This document shows positions 48,262 to 57,465 of a stretch of DNA of 57,465 nucleotides, piece after piece. This stretch comes from a virus. Lineage: Duplodnaviria > Caudoviricetes. The stretch lies in the IMG/VR virus record IMGVR_UViG_3300013132_000059, positions 1 through 57,465 of that record; one strand, 5' to 3'. Position 1 is the first letter of the stretch; each line of letters starts with the position of its first letter. Made by a program: the position numbers and the translations under genes. The notes under the pieces are model-generated. The model was not told where the DNA came from. It worked only from the letters and a program-made list of their open reading frames with translations, and ran no database searches.

Positions 48262-51200
48262 ATGGCCAATGATGACGATAGAAAAGCCGCAGCAGCGGCC
48301 AAAGAAGTCAGCAGTGCCTTTGGAGGTGTATCCAAGGTCATAGGTAGAATTGTACCTGGTTTTAGTCAATTGGGTACAGAACTCGATGGCATGACTAAGG
48401 CCTTTACTATCTTAAGTAATACAGGTAACGCATTTAACAATGATATGATAGGTATGCGTGCGGCTGCTGCTCAGGCACGCATGACATTGGATGAATATGC
48501 CAAGGTTGTTGAAGATAATCGTAAAGCATTTACAGGTTTAGGTGGTAGTGTTAGCCAAGGTACTAAGGTATTTGGTGAATTTAGTAAATCATTTTTTGAA
48601 AGTGGAATTACTGAAAATCTTAGACAGATGGGTTATACCAGTAAAGACCTAAATGAAATACTGGCAACACAAATAGGATTTCAAAAATCTACTACAGATA
48701 ATAGCATAGATGGCCAAATGCGTACGGCTAAGGCTGCTACTGAACTTGGTCAAGAAATGGATCTTGTGGCCAAGTTAACTGGTGTTAGTCGTAGAGAGCA
48801 GGAAGAAAAACTTAAAAAGGCTGCTGTAGATGGTCAAGTAGAAGCCAAGTTTAGGTTAATCGGTGCTCAACAAGGTGCCGATGCAGAAAAAGAAGCACGG
48901 GCCAATTATGCCAAACAGATCCTTGCTGCTGATGCAATGGGACAAGGACAACTGTTTAAAGAATTCTTTGCCACAGGAACAGCAACCAGTCAAGAAGCGC
49001 AGGAGCAACTAGCATTATTTGGTGATGCTAGTATGAAAACCGCAGAGAGTGCTCAGCAATTGAGTCAGGCTCAAATAGAACTTAGCAAGAGTTCAATGGA
49101 ATCTGCCAAGATTGCTAACATGAAGAATCAGTCAGATACTACACTAATGACCATTGCTGCCACCGGTGTAGGTAGTGCCAGTAAGGCTGTTATAAAGAAT
49201 ATTGAAATTAATGATGCTGCTTATCAAGGCATGAAAACTTTCATGAAGGGTACAGAAGATGTAATCGAAGCCATGAAAAAGCAGAAAGATGCTATCATTG
49301 CAGAACAACAGAAACGAAATACATTTACTGAAACACTAATTACAACCAATAATAGGCTACAGGATTTTAGAGCAGGTCTTGTTAAGGCATTTGTTGAGAT
49401 TGTTAATAAGAGTGGTGAAACAGGTACTCTCAAAACTGTTAATACTTTTGTAAAACAACTACCTGGATCAGTTGATGCTAAAACAACCAATCAAGAATTA
49501 CTGGATAAGTTCAAGATTGATAAAGGCAAGGATAACCTTGCCAATAGAACAGAAAATGTTCTAACTGAAGGACCTATTGCTGATTTCTTCCAGGGTGTTG
49601 ATACACTGGCAAAAGAAGGTATACAGGCAGTAATCAAAGGTGGTCTAAAGTTAATTGAAGTTGGCAGTGATTTACAAAAGAGTGTGGAAGCAAATCGTCA
49701 ACAGGCATCAGGTATCCCGACAAAAACTGAACCAACAAAAACTGATCAACCTCCACTCAAGAGTCGTGAAGGTGGCAGTATTGAAATGGCTGGTACCATG
49801 TTTGAGGATTGGGGCAAAGGCACTCTAGCAGAATTACACGGACTAGAATCAGTAATTAAGCCAGATCAAATGATGAACTTTGCTAAGGGTATGAGTCAAC
49901 AAGGTGCTAGCACTGCCTTTAACAATATGAAAGGTATGTTGGCAGGTCAAAATAAAGACACAACAAAAGGTATCGATATTGCCAAACTTGTTGGTGATAT
50001 TAAGACTAGTGTAGGCAAAGTTGAGATCATTAATTGGCCCAAAGATTTAATTAGTGAAGTAGAAATTAAAGCACCACCAGCAGCAGGTGCAGCAGCAAAA
50101 CCTGCTGAATCTAAACCCAGTACAACAGAAGAAGATAAAGCCAAGGCTGCTGCTGAGGCTAAGGAAAGAGAAAAAAGAACAGCAGAAGAAAGAAGAAAAG
50201 ACGAAGAACAAGAAGCCAAGTTTAGAATAATTGGCATTCGTGATGGTGCTGAAGCAGAGAAAAAGGCTCGTGATGATTATAACAAACAAAGAGAACAACA
50301 AGAATCTAGTACACAATCACGCACAGAAAAGGCTGCTCGTGCTGCTGAAGAAGTTACAATTAAGAGTGGTGATACATTAACAAGTCTTGCTAAAAAATAT
50401 AATATCAGTGTAGAAGAATTGATGAAGGCTAATCCTGCTATCAAGGATGCTAATAAGTTTACAGCAGGTGCAAAATTAATTATACCAAGTGTAGAGAAAA
50501 AAGAAACAACTACTAATGATATTGCCAAGAAGGCACAGACAGAAGCAGAACAAGCGCAGGTTAAACAGCAAGAACAAGAAGCCAAGTTTAGAATGATTGG
50601 CATAGAAAAAGGCGAGCAAGCAGAGAAAAAAGCTCGTGAAGATTATGCTAAAGAACAAGCACAACAAGCAGCCCTAGCCAAGTGGCGTGAGGATGAGTTA
50701 AAGATTAGAATAACAGGTATACGTGAAGGTGCTGATGCAGCCCAACGTATGCGTGATGCTATAGAAAAAAGAAATCAAGAAGACACAGTCAAAGTTTCTA
50801 AAACTAGTGAAACTAAGGTAACTGTAAATGGTAAAGATGTAGATCCTAATAGTAAAGAAGGTCAGATAGTTTTAAAACAAATGGAAGATAGTAAGGCCAG
50901 ATTAGAAACTATGATGAATAGTCTAATGAATGGTGTTGTAGAAAAACGCACTGAACCAAAGCAACGACCTACAGAAGTAAAAATGTCTGATATGCCAAAC
51001 TTTGACAATTTTATAGCAAAGTTACAAGGCAAGTTGACTACAAGTTTTGAATCAAAAAATACTGAAACAAAATTAACTGTAAATGGTAAAGATGTAGATC
51101 CCGATAGTGCAGAAGGCAAAGAGGCTATGGCTCAATTAGATGAAGCCAAGTCAAGAATGTTTGGACTTTTTGGAAATATAAAAACTAATTTTGAGGATGT

Positions 51201-52731
51201 AGAGAAACTGTCCAAAGAAAGTAATGAAGAATTAAAAAGTATGTTCACTGACATGATTCCTATAACAGAAATGCAGAGTCAGCAAAGTGAATTTAAGAGT
51301 AACTTTACTGATGAGCAGAAAAAATTCATAGATGATTATCAAGGTATGAGCAAAGATAATCAAGATTTTATGAAGTCTGCACTAGAAAGAAGCAATGGTA
51401 TTGATCGTGAAAGTATAGAAAAACACAATGATATTGTAGCAGATTTACAAAAGAAGAAAAACGAAAGAGAATTAACTGCTGAAGAAGAACATCAATTAAG
51501 TGAAAGTGAAGCCATAGCACGAAATATTTCTGATGATGTTAGACGACGTCAAGAACAACTTGATATGATCAATAATATGTCTTCTCTAGCAGATCAAGTT
51601 GAGTTGGAAAGATTAGATGATTATGCACGTAAAGAACTAGCAACGATGCAAGCATCAGATGCAGAAAAGTTAGATGCAACTAAGGCTGCTAATGATCTGA
51701 TACATGCACAATTCTTATTAGCTAATGATGCCATACTTGATAGTGTTGGAGGTATGACAGATGCTGCCATTGCTGCTCAAGATGTTTTTATGCAGGAGAT
51801 CAATACATTATTTGATATGCCTAGTGATGCAGCAGCAGAACATCAACAAGCATTATTAGAAGAAGCCAATGCATTATTTGATATTCCTGAGAGTGCTGAT
51901 ACTGCGGTTAAAACCAGAGGTATAGGAGGTCTAGGTGGTGAAGCCATAAATCAAGCAGTACAGGATCTAGCAGATCAAGTACAAGGGTTAAAAGAGTTTG
52001 AAGAAGATGAAGGTGGTGAAGCCATTGGTGGAGAAATGGACAGTGCCTTTGCAAAGGATGAGGATAGTTATGTAGCACAAGCACTTCAAGATTTTCAAGA
52101 TTTAATTCCTGATAGTATTGTAGATGATGCAGCCTTTGCATCAGGTCCCGGTGATGCCAGTGCAGCGGGATTTGATGCATATGCGCCAAGCGATGTAAAT
52201 GCAGCAGGTATAGATTTTGCTGACGGTGGTCCTAATGATGCTAGCGTAGCAGGTATTGATTTTGTTGCAGAAGGAACTAAAAAGATTGAATCTGCAATGA
52301 AGTCTTTAGAAGGTAGCTTGCCTCAGGCCAAGTCATTAGAAAAAGAAGGCCCTAAATCTACTCCAAACTATAGTAGTATTGACATGGGAGCATTTACATT
52401 AGGTCCAGATGGTATGCCTATTCCCAAGGCTAAAGCACAAGGACAGGCTGCTGCCAATGCTGCAAAACAAGAAAAAGATGAAAAGAAATCTGAGGATAAA
52501 AAGGCTACGCAAGCCAGTGTTCGTGCAGCAGATAATGAAATAGACAAAGATAATGAAACTAAAAAAGAAGGTGAAGGTGAGAAAAAAGTCACTAAAACTC
52601 TAGATGATGTAGTAAAGGCTCTAGAAGTATTAAATAGTAACGTAGGAAAATTGACCAGCAAGGTTGAAGAGTCTGCCAAACAACAGGTACAGGCTACAAG
52701 GAGTTTGAATGGCAATCTTTACAATATGTAA
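48262..52731 (+). CDS. Tape measure-like protein with an internal LysM domain
   Basis: Long Ala/Gln/Lys-rich helical protein next to gp26. LysM: VTIKSGDTLTSLAKKYNISVEELMKANPAIKDANKFTAGAKLIIP. Confidence 0.7.
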   Translation: MANDDDRKAAAAAKEVSSAFGGVSKVIGRIVPGFSQLGTELDGMTKAFTILSNTGNAFNNDMIGMRAAAAQARMTLDEYAKVVEDNRKAFTGLGGSVSQGTKVFGEFSKSFFESGITENLRQMGYTSKDLNEILATQIGFQKSTTDNSIDGQMRTAKAATELGQEMDLVAKLTGVSRREQEEKLKKAAVDGQVEAKFRLIGAQQGADAEKEARANYAKQILAADAMGQGQLFKEFFATGTATSQEAQEQLALFGDASMKTAESAQQLSQAQIELSKSSMESAKIANMKNQSDTTLMTIAATGVGSASKAVIKNIEINDAAYQGMKTFMKGTEDVIEAMKKQKDAIIAEQQKRNTFTETLITTNNRLQDFRAGLVKAFVEIVNKSGETGTLKTVNTFVKQLPGSVDAKTTNQELLDKFKIDKGKDNLANRTENVLTEGPIADFFQGVDTLAKEGIQAVIKGGLKLIEVGSDLQKSVEANRQQASGIPTKTEPTKTDQPPLKSREGGSIEMAGTMFEDWGKGTLAELHGLESVIKPDQMMNFAKGMSQQGASTAFNNMKGMLAGQNKDTTKGIDIAKLVGDIKTSVGKVEIINWPKDLISEVEIKAPPAAGAAAKPAESKPSTTEEDKAKAAAEAKEREKRTAEERRKDEEQEAKFRIIGIRDGAEAEKKARDDYNKQREQQESSTQSRTEKAARAAEEVTIKSGDTLTSLAKKYNISVEELMKANPAIKDANKFTAGAKLIIPSVEKKETTTNDIAKKAQTEAEQAQVKQQEQEAKFRMIGIEKGEQAEKKAREDYAKEQAQQAALAKWREDELKIRITGIREGADAAQRMRDAIEKRNQEDTVKVSKTSETKVTVNGKDVDPNSKEGQIVLKQMEDSKARLETMMNSLMNGVVEKRTEPKQRPTEVKMSDMPNFDNFIAKLQGKLTTSFESKNTETKLTVNGKDVDPDSAEGKEAMAQLDEAKSRMFGLFGNIKTNFEDVEKLSKESNEELKSMFTDMIPITEMQSQQSEFKSNFTDEQKKFIDDYQGMSKDNQDFMKSALERSNGIDRESIEKHNDIVADLQKKKNERELTAEEEHQLSESEAIARNISDDVRRRQEQLDMINNMSSLADQVELERLDDYARKELATMQASDAEKLDATKAANDLIHAQFLLANDAILDSVGGMTDAAIAAQDVFMQEINTLFDMPSDAAAEHQQALLEEANALFDIPESADTAVKTRGIGGLGGEAINQAVQDLADQVQGLKEFEEDEGGEAIGGEMDSAFAKDEDSYVAQALQDFQDLIPDSIVDDAAFASGPGDASAAGFDAYAPSDVNAAGIDFADGGPNDASVAGIDFVAEGTKKIESAMKSLEGSLPQAKSLEKEGPKSTPNYSSIDMGAFTLGPDGMPIPKAKAQGQAAANAAKQEKDEKKSEDKKATQASVRAADNEIDKDNETKKEGEGEKKVTKTLDDVVKALEVLNSNVGKLTSKVEESAKQQVQATRSLNGNLYNM

Positions 52732-52741
52732 GGCATAATAT

Positions 52742-54481
52742 ATGAGTTGGCGAAGATATTTCACACCTGTTAACAACGATGATCAAGGTGGTAATTTAAG
52801 TCCATTAACTACTAAAAATGGTAATAGACCTGGACCTGCACGTAGCAACTACAGCAGTTTTCTTCCTGACATTTACACTGGTACCCCTAATCGTATTGAA
52901 AGATATATGCAATATGATACAATGGATATGGATCCAGAAGTTAATAGTGCCCTTGACATACTTGCAGAATTTTGTACACAAAAGAATAGAGAAAATAATA
53001 CAACTTTTAGCCTAAGTTTTAAAGATCGTGCCACAAATACAGAGATACGTGTGCTACGTGAATACTTACAACAATGGTTTAAACTACAACAATTTGACAC
53101 AAGATTTTTCCGTATAGTAAGAAATACTTTAAAGTTTGGTGATGCTTTTTTTATTCGTGATCCTGAAACACAAAAGTGGTTTTATATAGATCCTAGCAAA
53201 TTAGTTAAAATTATTGTTAACGAAAGTGATGGTAAAAAGCCAGAACAATATGTTATACGTGACATAAATCCTAATTTTAAAAATCTTGTAGCAACTCAAA
53301 TACAACAAAGTCCGCATCAAACTAACAATAGAGGTAGTAATTATATTGCTGGTGGTGGTATGGCTCGTGGGGCTACAGGAGCATATCCAACTCAGTATGG
53401 TGATCGTTTTAGTTTGAACGAAAATGAGCAGGCAATTGATGCTGCTCATGTAATACACTTGAGTTTAAGTGAAGGCCTTGACAACAACTATCCATTTGGT
53501 AATAGTCTTCTTGAACAAGTTTTTAAAACATACAAGCAAAAAGAATTACTTGAAGATGCTATTCTAATCTATCGTATACAACGTGCTCCAGAACGTAGAA
53601 TTTTCTATATTGATGTGGGAAATATGCCCAGTCATATGGCTATGAGCTTTGTTGAGCGTGTAAAGAATGAAATACATCAGAGACGTATACCTAGTCAAAA
53701 TGGTGGCGGCGCCAACATTATTGACAGTGCCTATAACCCATTAAGCATAGGTGAAGACTACTTCTTCCCACAGACAGAAGGAGGTAGAGGAAGTAAAGTA
53801 GATACACTAGCAGGTGGTACAAACCTTGGTGAAATTGATGATTTAAGATATTTTACAAATAAATTATTTAGAGCATTACGTATACCCAGCAGTTATTTGC
53901 CCAGTGGTCCAGATGATGGACAGCAACAGTACAATGATGGTCGTGTAGGCACTGCTTATATTCAAGAACTACGTTTTAACAATTACTGTATGCGACTACA
54001 AAACCTGTTGACTAGTGTGTTTGATGAGGAATTTAAGAGATTTTTACATTATCGTGGTGTAAACATTGATACTAGTCTATTTGAATTAAAGTTTCAAGCA
54101 CCACTTAATTTTGCTGCTTATCGTCAAAGTGAGATGGATGGACAGCGCATCAACACCTTCAATACCATACAGGCTGTGCCCTATATCAGTAAGCGTTTTG
54201 CCTTGAAGAGATTCCTTGGTTTAAGTGAAGAAGAGATGGCGGAAAACGAAAACTTATGGCGTCAAGAGAAAGGCATGGCACCTATTACTGGCACTGATGC
54301 TAGTGGTGAACTACGTGGTGCAGGACTAAGTGCAGCAGGTATTGACAGCGATTTGGAGATGGCAAGTGATACTACAGCACCAGAGGATATGACAGCAGGT
54401 ATGCCTGGAAGTATGCCTCCAGGAACCGATACAGGTATGGGAATGGCGGCTCCAGCAGCGGCCAGCCCAGTGCCAATGTAA
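52742..54481 (+). CDS. Portal vertex protein, gp20-like
   Basis: LLEDAILIYRIQRAPERRIFYIDVGNMP, EDYFFP...GGRG..V.TL.GG.NLGEIDD..YF..KL..AL.IP.S. Confidence 0.95.
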   Translation: MSWRRYFTPVNNDDQGGNLSPLTTKNGNRPGPARSNYSSFLPDIYTGTPNRIERYMQYDTMDMDPEVNSALDILAEFCTQKNRENNTTFSLSFKDRATNTEIRVLREYLQQWFKLQQFDTRFFRIVRNTLKFGDAFFIRDPETQKWFYIDPSKLVKIIVNESDGKKPEQYVIRDINPNFKNLVATQIQQSPHQTNNRGSNYIAGGGMARGATGAYPTQYGDRFSLNENEQAIDAAHVIHLSLSEGLDNNYPFGNSLLEQVFKTYKQKELLEDAILIYRIQRAPERRIFYIDVGNMPSHMAMSFVERVKNEIHQRRIPSQNGGGANIIDSAYNPLSIGEDYFFPQTEGGRGSKVDTLAGGTNLGEIDDLRYFTNKLFRALRIPSSYLPSGPDDGQQQYNDGRVGTAYIQELRFNNYCMRLQNLLTSVFDEEFKRFLHYRGVNIDTSLFELKFQAPLNFAAYRQSEMDGQRINTFNTIQAVPYISKRFALKRFLGLSEEEMAENENLWRQEKGMAPITGTDASGELRGAGLSAAGIDSDLEMASDTTAPEDMTAGMPGSMPPGTDTGMGMAAPAAASPVPM

Positions 54482-54487
54482 TAAATA
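54482..54487 (+). promoter_or_regulatory. Late promoter core TAAATA
   Basis: 4 nt before ATG 54492. Further copies at 54732-54737 and 55982-55987. Confidence 0.65.
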
Positions 54488-54491
54488 CACT

Positions 54492-54734
54492 ATGATTCTT
54501 CGAGAACTTTTTTACTTAGATCCTGAAACAAACAAAGTAGGCAACGACTTTAGGTTTGATTCAGCACGGGATCTTGAAGAATTACAGCGTAGTGACACAA
54601 GAAAAACTAGGTTGACACTAAAACAGATAAATGATTTACGTAAGTCTTCGGAAGCACACATTTTAGAAACAGAAGAAGAAATGGAATTTGTTCAAAAAAT
54701 GTATGGTACTGAACCTGCGCAGCCTGCCGCCTAA
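54492..54734 (+). CDS. Small head-module protein
   Basis: Follows the portal gene with TAAATA 4 nt upstream. DTRKTRLTL..IN.LRK...MYG. Confidence 0.7.
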   Translation: MILRELFYLDPETNKVGNDFRFDSARDLEELQRSDTRKTRLTLKQINDLRKSSEAHILETEEEMEFVQKMYGTEPAQPAA

Positions 54735-54754
54735 ATAATTTATAAGGAACAATT

Positions 54755-55360
54755 ATGCAACCATTTGAACATGGGCCTATTGAAGGTCTAATCTGTCAAC
54801 AACACAAAAATTTTCAACATCCTTTTCGTAAATTTTTCAATGAAGTAAAACCTACAACAGTAGTAGAAATTGGTATTGGACAAGGTGCTACAAGTCTAGC
54901 ATTAAACAGAATTTTAAAAGAAGTTGGTCATGAATATGAAATGATCAGTTATGAATTATACCCACAAGGATGGTATAGTAAGCTTAGTAATGAAGGCATT
55001 ACTGTTAGAATTTGTAATCTTTTTACAGATGATTATCAAAATATTCGTGATAGCAATCGAGATGAAATTGTAAATAACCTACAACGACCAGGTACAACTG
55101 TCCTACTCTGTGATGGTGGTTTAAAGAAAATGGAAGTAAATTTGCTTACAGATTATTTGAAGCCAGGTGACTTTGTAATGGCACATGATTATGTAAGAAA
55201 TAAAGAATATTTTGAAGAAGCCATTCATCGTCGCATATGGAATTGGTGTGAGATTACTGATGCTGACATTCAAGAAACTATTGATAGGAATAATCTTGAA
55301 GTTTATATGCGTGATGAATTTCAAAATGTAGCTTGGATGTGTCGTCGTAAACCACTATGA
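54755..55360 (+). CDS. Class I SAM-dependent methyltransferase-like protein
   Basis: VVEIGIGQG motif I, then CDGG and LKPGDFVMAHD. Confidence 0.75.
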   Translation: MQPFEHGPIEGLICQQHKNFQHPFRKFFNEVKPTTVVEIGIGQGATSLALNRILKEVGHEYEMISYELYPQGWYSKLSNEGITVRICNLFTDDYQNIRDSNRDEIVNNLQRPGTTVLLCDGGLKKMEVNLLTDYLKPGDFVMAHDYVRNKEYFEEAIHRRIWNWCEITDADIQETIDRNNLEVYMRDEFQNVAWMCRRKPL

Positions 55361-55944
55361 GACGAAATTTCGTGTTCGGCAATGGCAGAACACGATTAAA
55401 CATAGATTTCGATGAGGTTAGGCCGTATGGTTTAATCTACGCTTGTAATGCAGTATACAGAGAATATACTCCAGATTTTCTAGTATCAGTTGATCGTAAA
55501 ATGATTGATGAAATTGCTAAAAGCAATTATCAACTTAAACACGAAGTCTGGACTTATCCATTTGTGTCAAAATCTCATTATAAAAAATTTAATTTTATAG
55601 ATCCTAATTTAGGATGGAGCAGTGGTCCCACTGCTCTAAATTTGGCTACCAAAAATAAGCCTAATGAAATTTATATTTTTGGTTTTGATTTTGAAGGTTT
55701 AGAAGGCAAGTTAAACAATGTTTTTGCTGATACTGAAAACTATAAACGTAATGTGGACCCAGCAACCTACTATGGTAATTGGCACAAGCAAACAGAAACT
55801 ATAATTAAAGATAATCCTAATTTGAACTATATAAGAGTAAGCATTCCAAATTTCTTTAAACCAAAGTGGAGGTATGATAACTATTCTGAAATAAGTTATG
55901 AAGAATTTAGGAAATTATTAGAAGGATGGAAGAAAATACGCTAA
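55357..55944 (+). CDS. GT29/Maf-like (sialyltransferase-like fold) transferase
   Basis: VFGNG..R, YACNA, PDFLV.VD, SSG..A...A and IYIFGFD motifs. Confidence 0.6.
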   Translation: MRRNFVFGNGRTRLNIDFDEVRPYGLIYACNAVYREYTPDFLVSVDRKMIDEIAKSNYQLKHEVWTYPFVSKSHYKKFNFIDPNLGWSSGPTALNLATKNKPNEIYIFGFDFEGLEGKLNNVFADTENYKRNVDPATYYGNWHKQTETIIKDNPNLNYIRVSIPNFFKPKWRYDNYSEISYEEFRKLLEGWKKIR

Positions 55945-56021
55945 TTTTCTGCCATTATATACCGTTTTTTACAGATATATGTAAATATTAGTTGACAGCT
56001 CATTACCTATAGGAGACCAAA

Positions 56022-57125
56022 ATGGGAGATCGTTCAAAGTTCGAACAGATGCTTGAATACCTTATTAATGATGAGGAAACAAAAGCACGAGAGTTATTTC
56101 ATGATATAGTTGTGGCCAAGAGCCGCGAAATCTACGAGAATTTGTTAGCCGAAGACTTCGAAGAGGAAGAAGAAAGCCAAGAAGAAGGTCGTTATAACGA
56201 TGATGATGACGTAGAAGAGAATATGGGCATGATGCCACCTCCTGAAGAGGAAGGCATGATGGGTATGCAAGACGCCACAGATGACATGTTAGGCGACATA
56301 GAAGGCGGCGACGACATGGACGGTGACATGGACGATATGGGCGGCGACGACATGGACGGTGACATGGACATGGGTGCTGGTGGAGAAGAAGAACTTGGTG
56401 ACCGTCTAGATGACCTAGAATCAGAATTAGAAGCCTTAAGAGACGAATTCGAAAGCCTAATGGGTGACGAAGGCGGTGAAGAAGGTGATGACATGGGCGA
56501 CATGGACGATATGGGCGACATGGACGACGAAGCAGAAAAAGAGAATTTAGTTGTTGAACCAACAGTAGCTGGTGGTGCTACACCTGTAAGACAAGGTCCA
56601 CATGGCAATATCAAACAAGATACAAGAGACCGTGCTGCTATGGAAAAGCGTGGTGACGATGACGACGACGATGATGATGATGAGAAAACTGACGAAGATT
56701 TTATTCGTGAATATGTAGAAAAAGTAGGTGGTGGTAACTATAACACCTGGGGTAAGATGGGTGATGATGGTGCTAACACAAAGAGTATTATCGACAATAT
56801 GAAGAATGATATGGGCGGTACAACTGCTAACATTCTAAATGGCGGTGAATACAAGGGTAAAGAAGTAGGTGCTGGTAGTACAATTGAAGGCAATGGTGTT
56901 TTCAAACAAGGAAAGCCACAACTACAAGATGGTGGTAACATCAATGTTCCAGGCGGCAAGGCTGGTAAAACAGCGTTCAAGAAGAGAGAGCCAGGACATG
57001 GACCAGAGAAGAAAGGTCCAGCAGAAGGCCAAGGTTGGGGTTCAGGATCAGGTGGTCCACAAGGACAAGTAGGTGGTATTAATACTAAGAGTCCTATTAA
57101 TGGCGCACCAAAAAGAGCCAAGTAA
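56022..57125 (+). CDS. Acidic prohead core/scaffold-like protein
   Basis: Asp/Glu/Met/Gly-rich, between portal and protease. TAAATA at 55982-55987 and an AGGAG RBS. Confidence 0.7.
   Translation: MGDRSKFEQMLEYLINDEETKARELFHDIVVAKSREIYENLLAEDFEEEEESQEEGRYNDDDDVEENMGMMPPPEEEGMMGMQDATDDMLGDIEGGDDMDGDMDDMGGDDMDGDMDMGAGGEEELGDRLDDLESELEALRDEFESLMGDEGGEEGDDMGDMDDMGDMDDEAEKENLVVEPTVAGGATPVRQGPHGNIKQDTRDRAAMEKRGDDDDDDDDDEKTDEDFIREYVEKVGGGNYNTWGKMGDDGANTKSIIDNMKNDMGGTTANILNGGEYKGKEVGAGSTIEGNGVFKQGKPQLQDGGNINVPGGKAGKTAFKKREPGHGPEKKGPAEGQGWGSGSGGPQGQVGGINTKSPINGAPKRAK
56304..56369 (+). repeat. 30-bp direct repeat in the acidic core gene
   Basis: ggcggcgacgacatggacggtgacatggac at 56304 and 56340 (GGDDMDGDMD twice). 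Confidence 0.9.
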
Positions 57126-57135
57126 ACACAGATAG

Positions 57136-57465
57136 ATGAGTTACTTACGAGAAAACTTGAGTTTCGATCAGGCGAGAGTCGTGGTCGAAAGTCAAGGTGA
57201 AAACGGCAAAGACCTTTATATGAAAGGTATTTGTATTCAAGGTGGTATCAAAAATGCCAACCAGAGAGTATATCCTGTTGATGAGATAGAGCGAGCTGTC
57301 AAAACTTTGAACGATCAAATCGCAGGAGGTTACAGCGTTCTCGGTGAAGTAGATCATCCAGATGACCTAAAGATCAATTTGGACCGTGTCAGTCACATGA
57401 TTACAGAAATGTGGATGGACGGTCCAAATGGTTATGGCAAGTTTAAGATACTGCCAACACCCATG
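57136..57465 (+). CDS. Prohead protease, gp21-like (truncated by window end; missing from ORF track)
   Basis: Manual translation MSYLRENL...LYMKGICIQG..KNANQRVYP...LGEVDHP...INLDRVSH.I...GYGK.KIL.TP. Confidence 0.93.
   Translation, partial: MSYLRENLSFDQARVVVESQGENGKDLYMKGICIQGGIKNANQRVYPVDEIERAVKTLNDQIAGGYSVLGEVDHPDDLKINLDRVSHMITEMWMDGPNGYGKFKILPTPM

Noticed and set aside
1890-57357. Numerous short antisense or nested ORFs in the six-frame track (e.g. 9346-9744, 9892-10293, 56065-56562, 57145-57357)
   Set aside because: They are shadows of long, motif-supported genes on the opposite strand or in another frame, with no recognisable motifs.
1-57465. Stop-codon reassignment
   Set aside because: Core genes are full length and densely packed under the standard code.

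Overview
A segment of an AT-rich, T4-like (Tevenvirinae-related, probably large or jumbo) myophage genome in the standard genetic code. The minus-strand block 1-39.9 kb is a late baseplate/tail operon: tube initiator, gp53, hub, gp5, gp25, gp6, a 4,280-aa wedge protein, a gp9-like collagen/cupredoxin fibre, an S8 protease and three paralogous fibre proteins. It runs on into glycosyltransferases and a twitch-domain radical SAM gene. The plus-strand block 39.9-45.8 kb holds the gp55 late sigma factor (near-consensus sigma70 promoter), gp47/gp46, an Hc1-like protein, two inserted glycosyltransferases and a small GIY-YIG nuclease. Then come a gp26-like chaperone, a tape-measure-like protein with LysM, the portal, an acidic core protein and the start of the prohead protease. 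The strongest unexplained signal is a ~420-nt GC-rich, ORF-free region directly after the GIY-YIG stop codon, with many helices and an 8-bp pseudoknot: a candidate nuclease-associated large ncRNA. Next are a probable -1 frameshift fusing gp26 to an unannotated downstream ORF, and a late glycosylation gene set sharing aromatic CBM-like modules with baseplate proteins. All product calls come from motif recognition by eye; no database searches were run.
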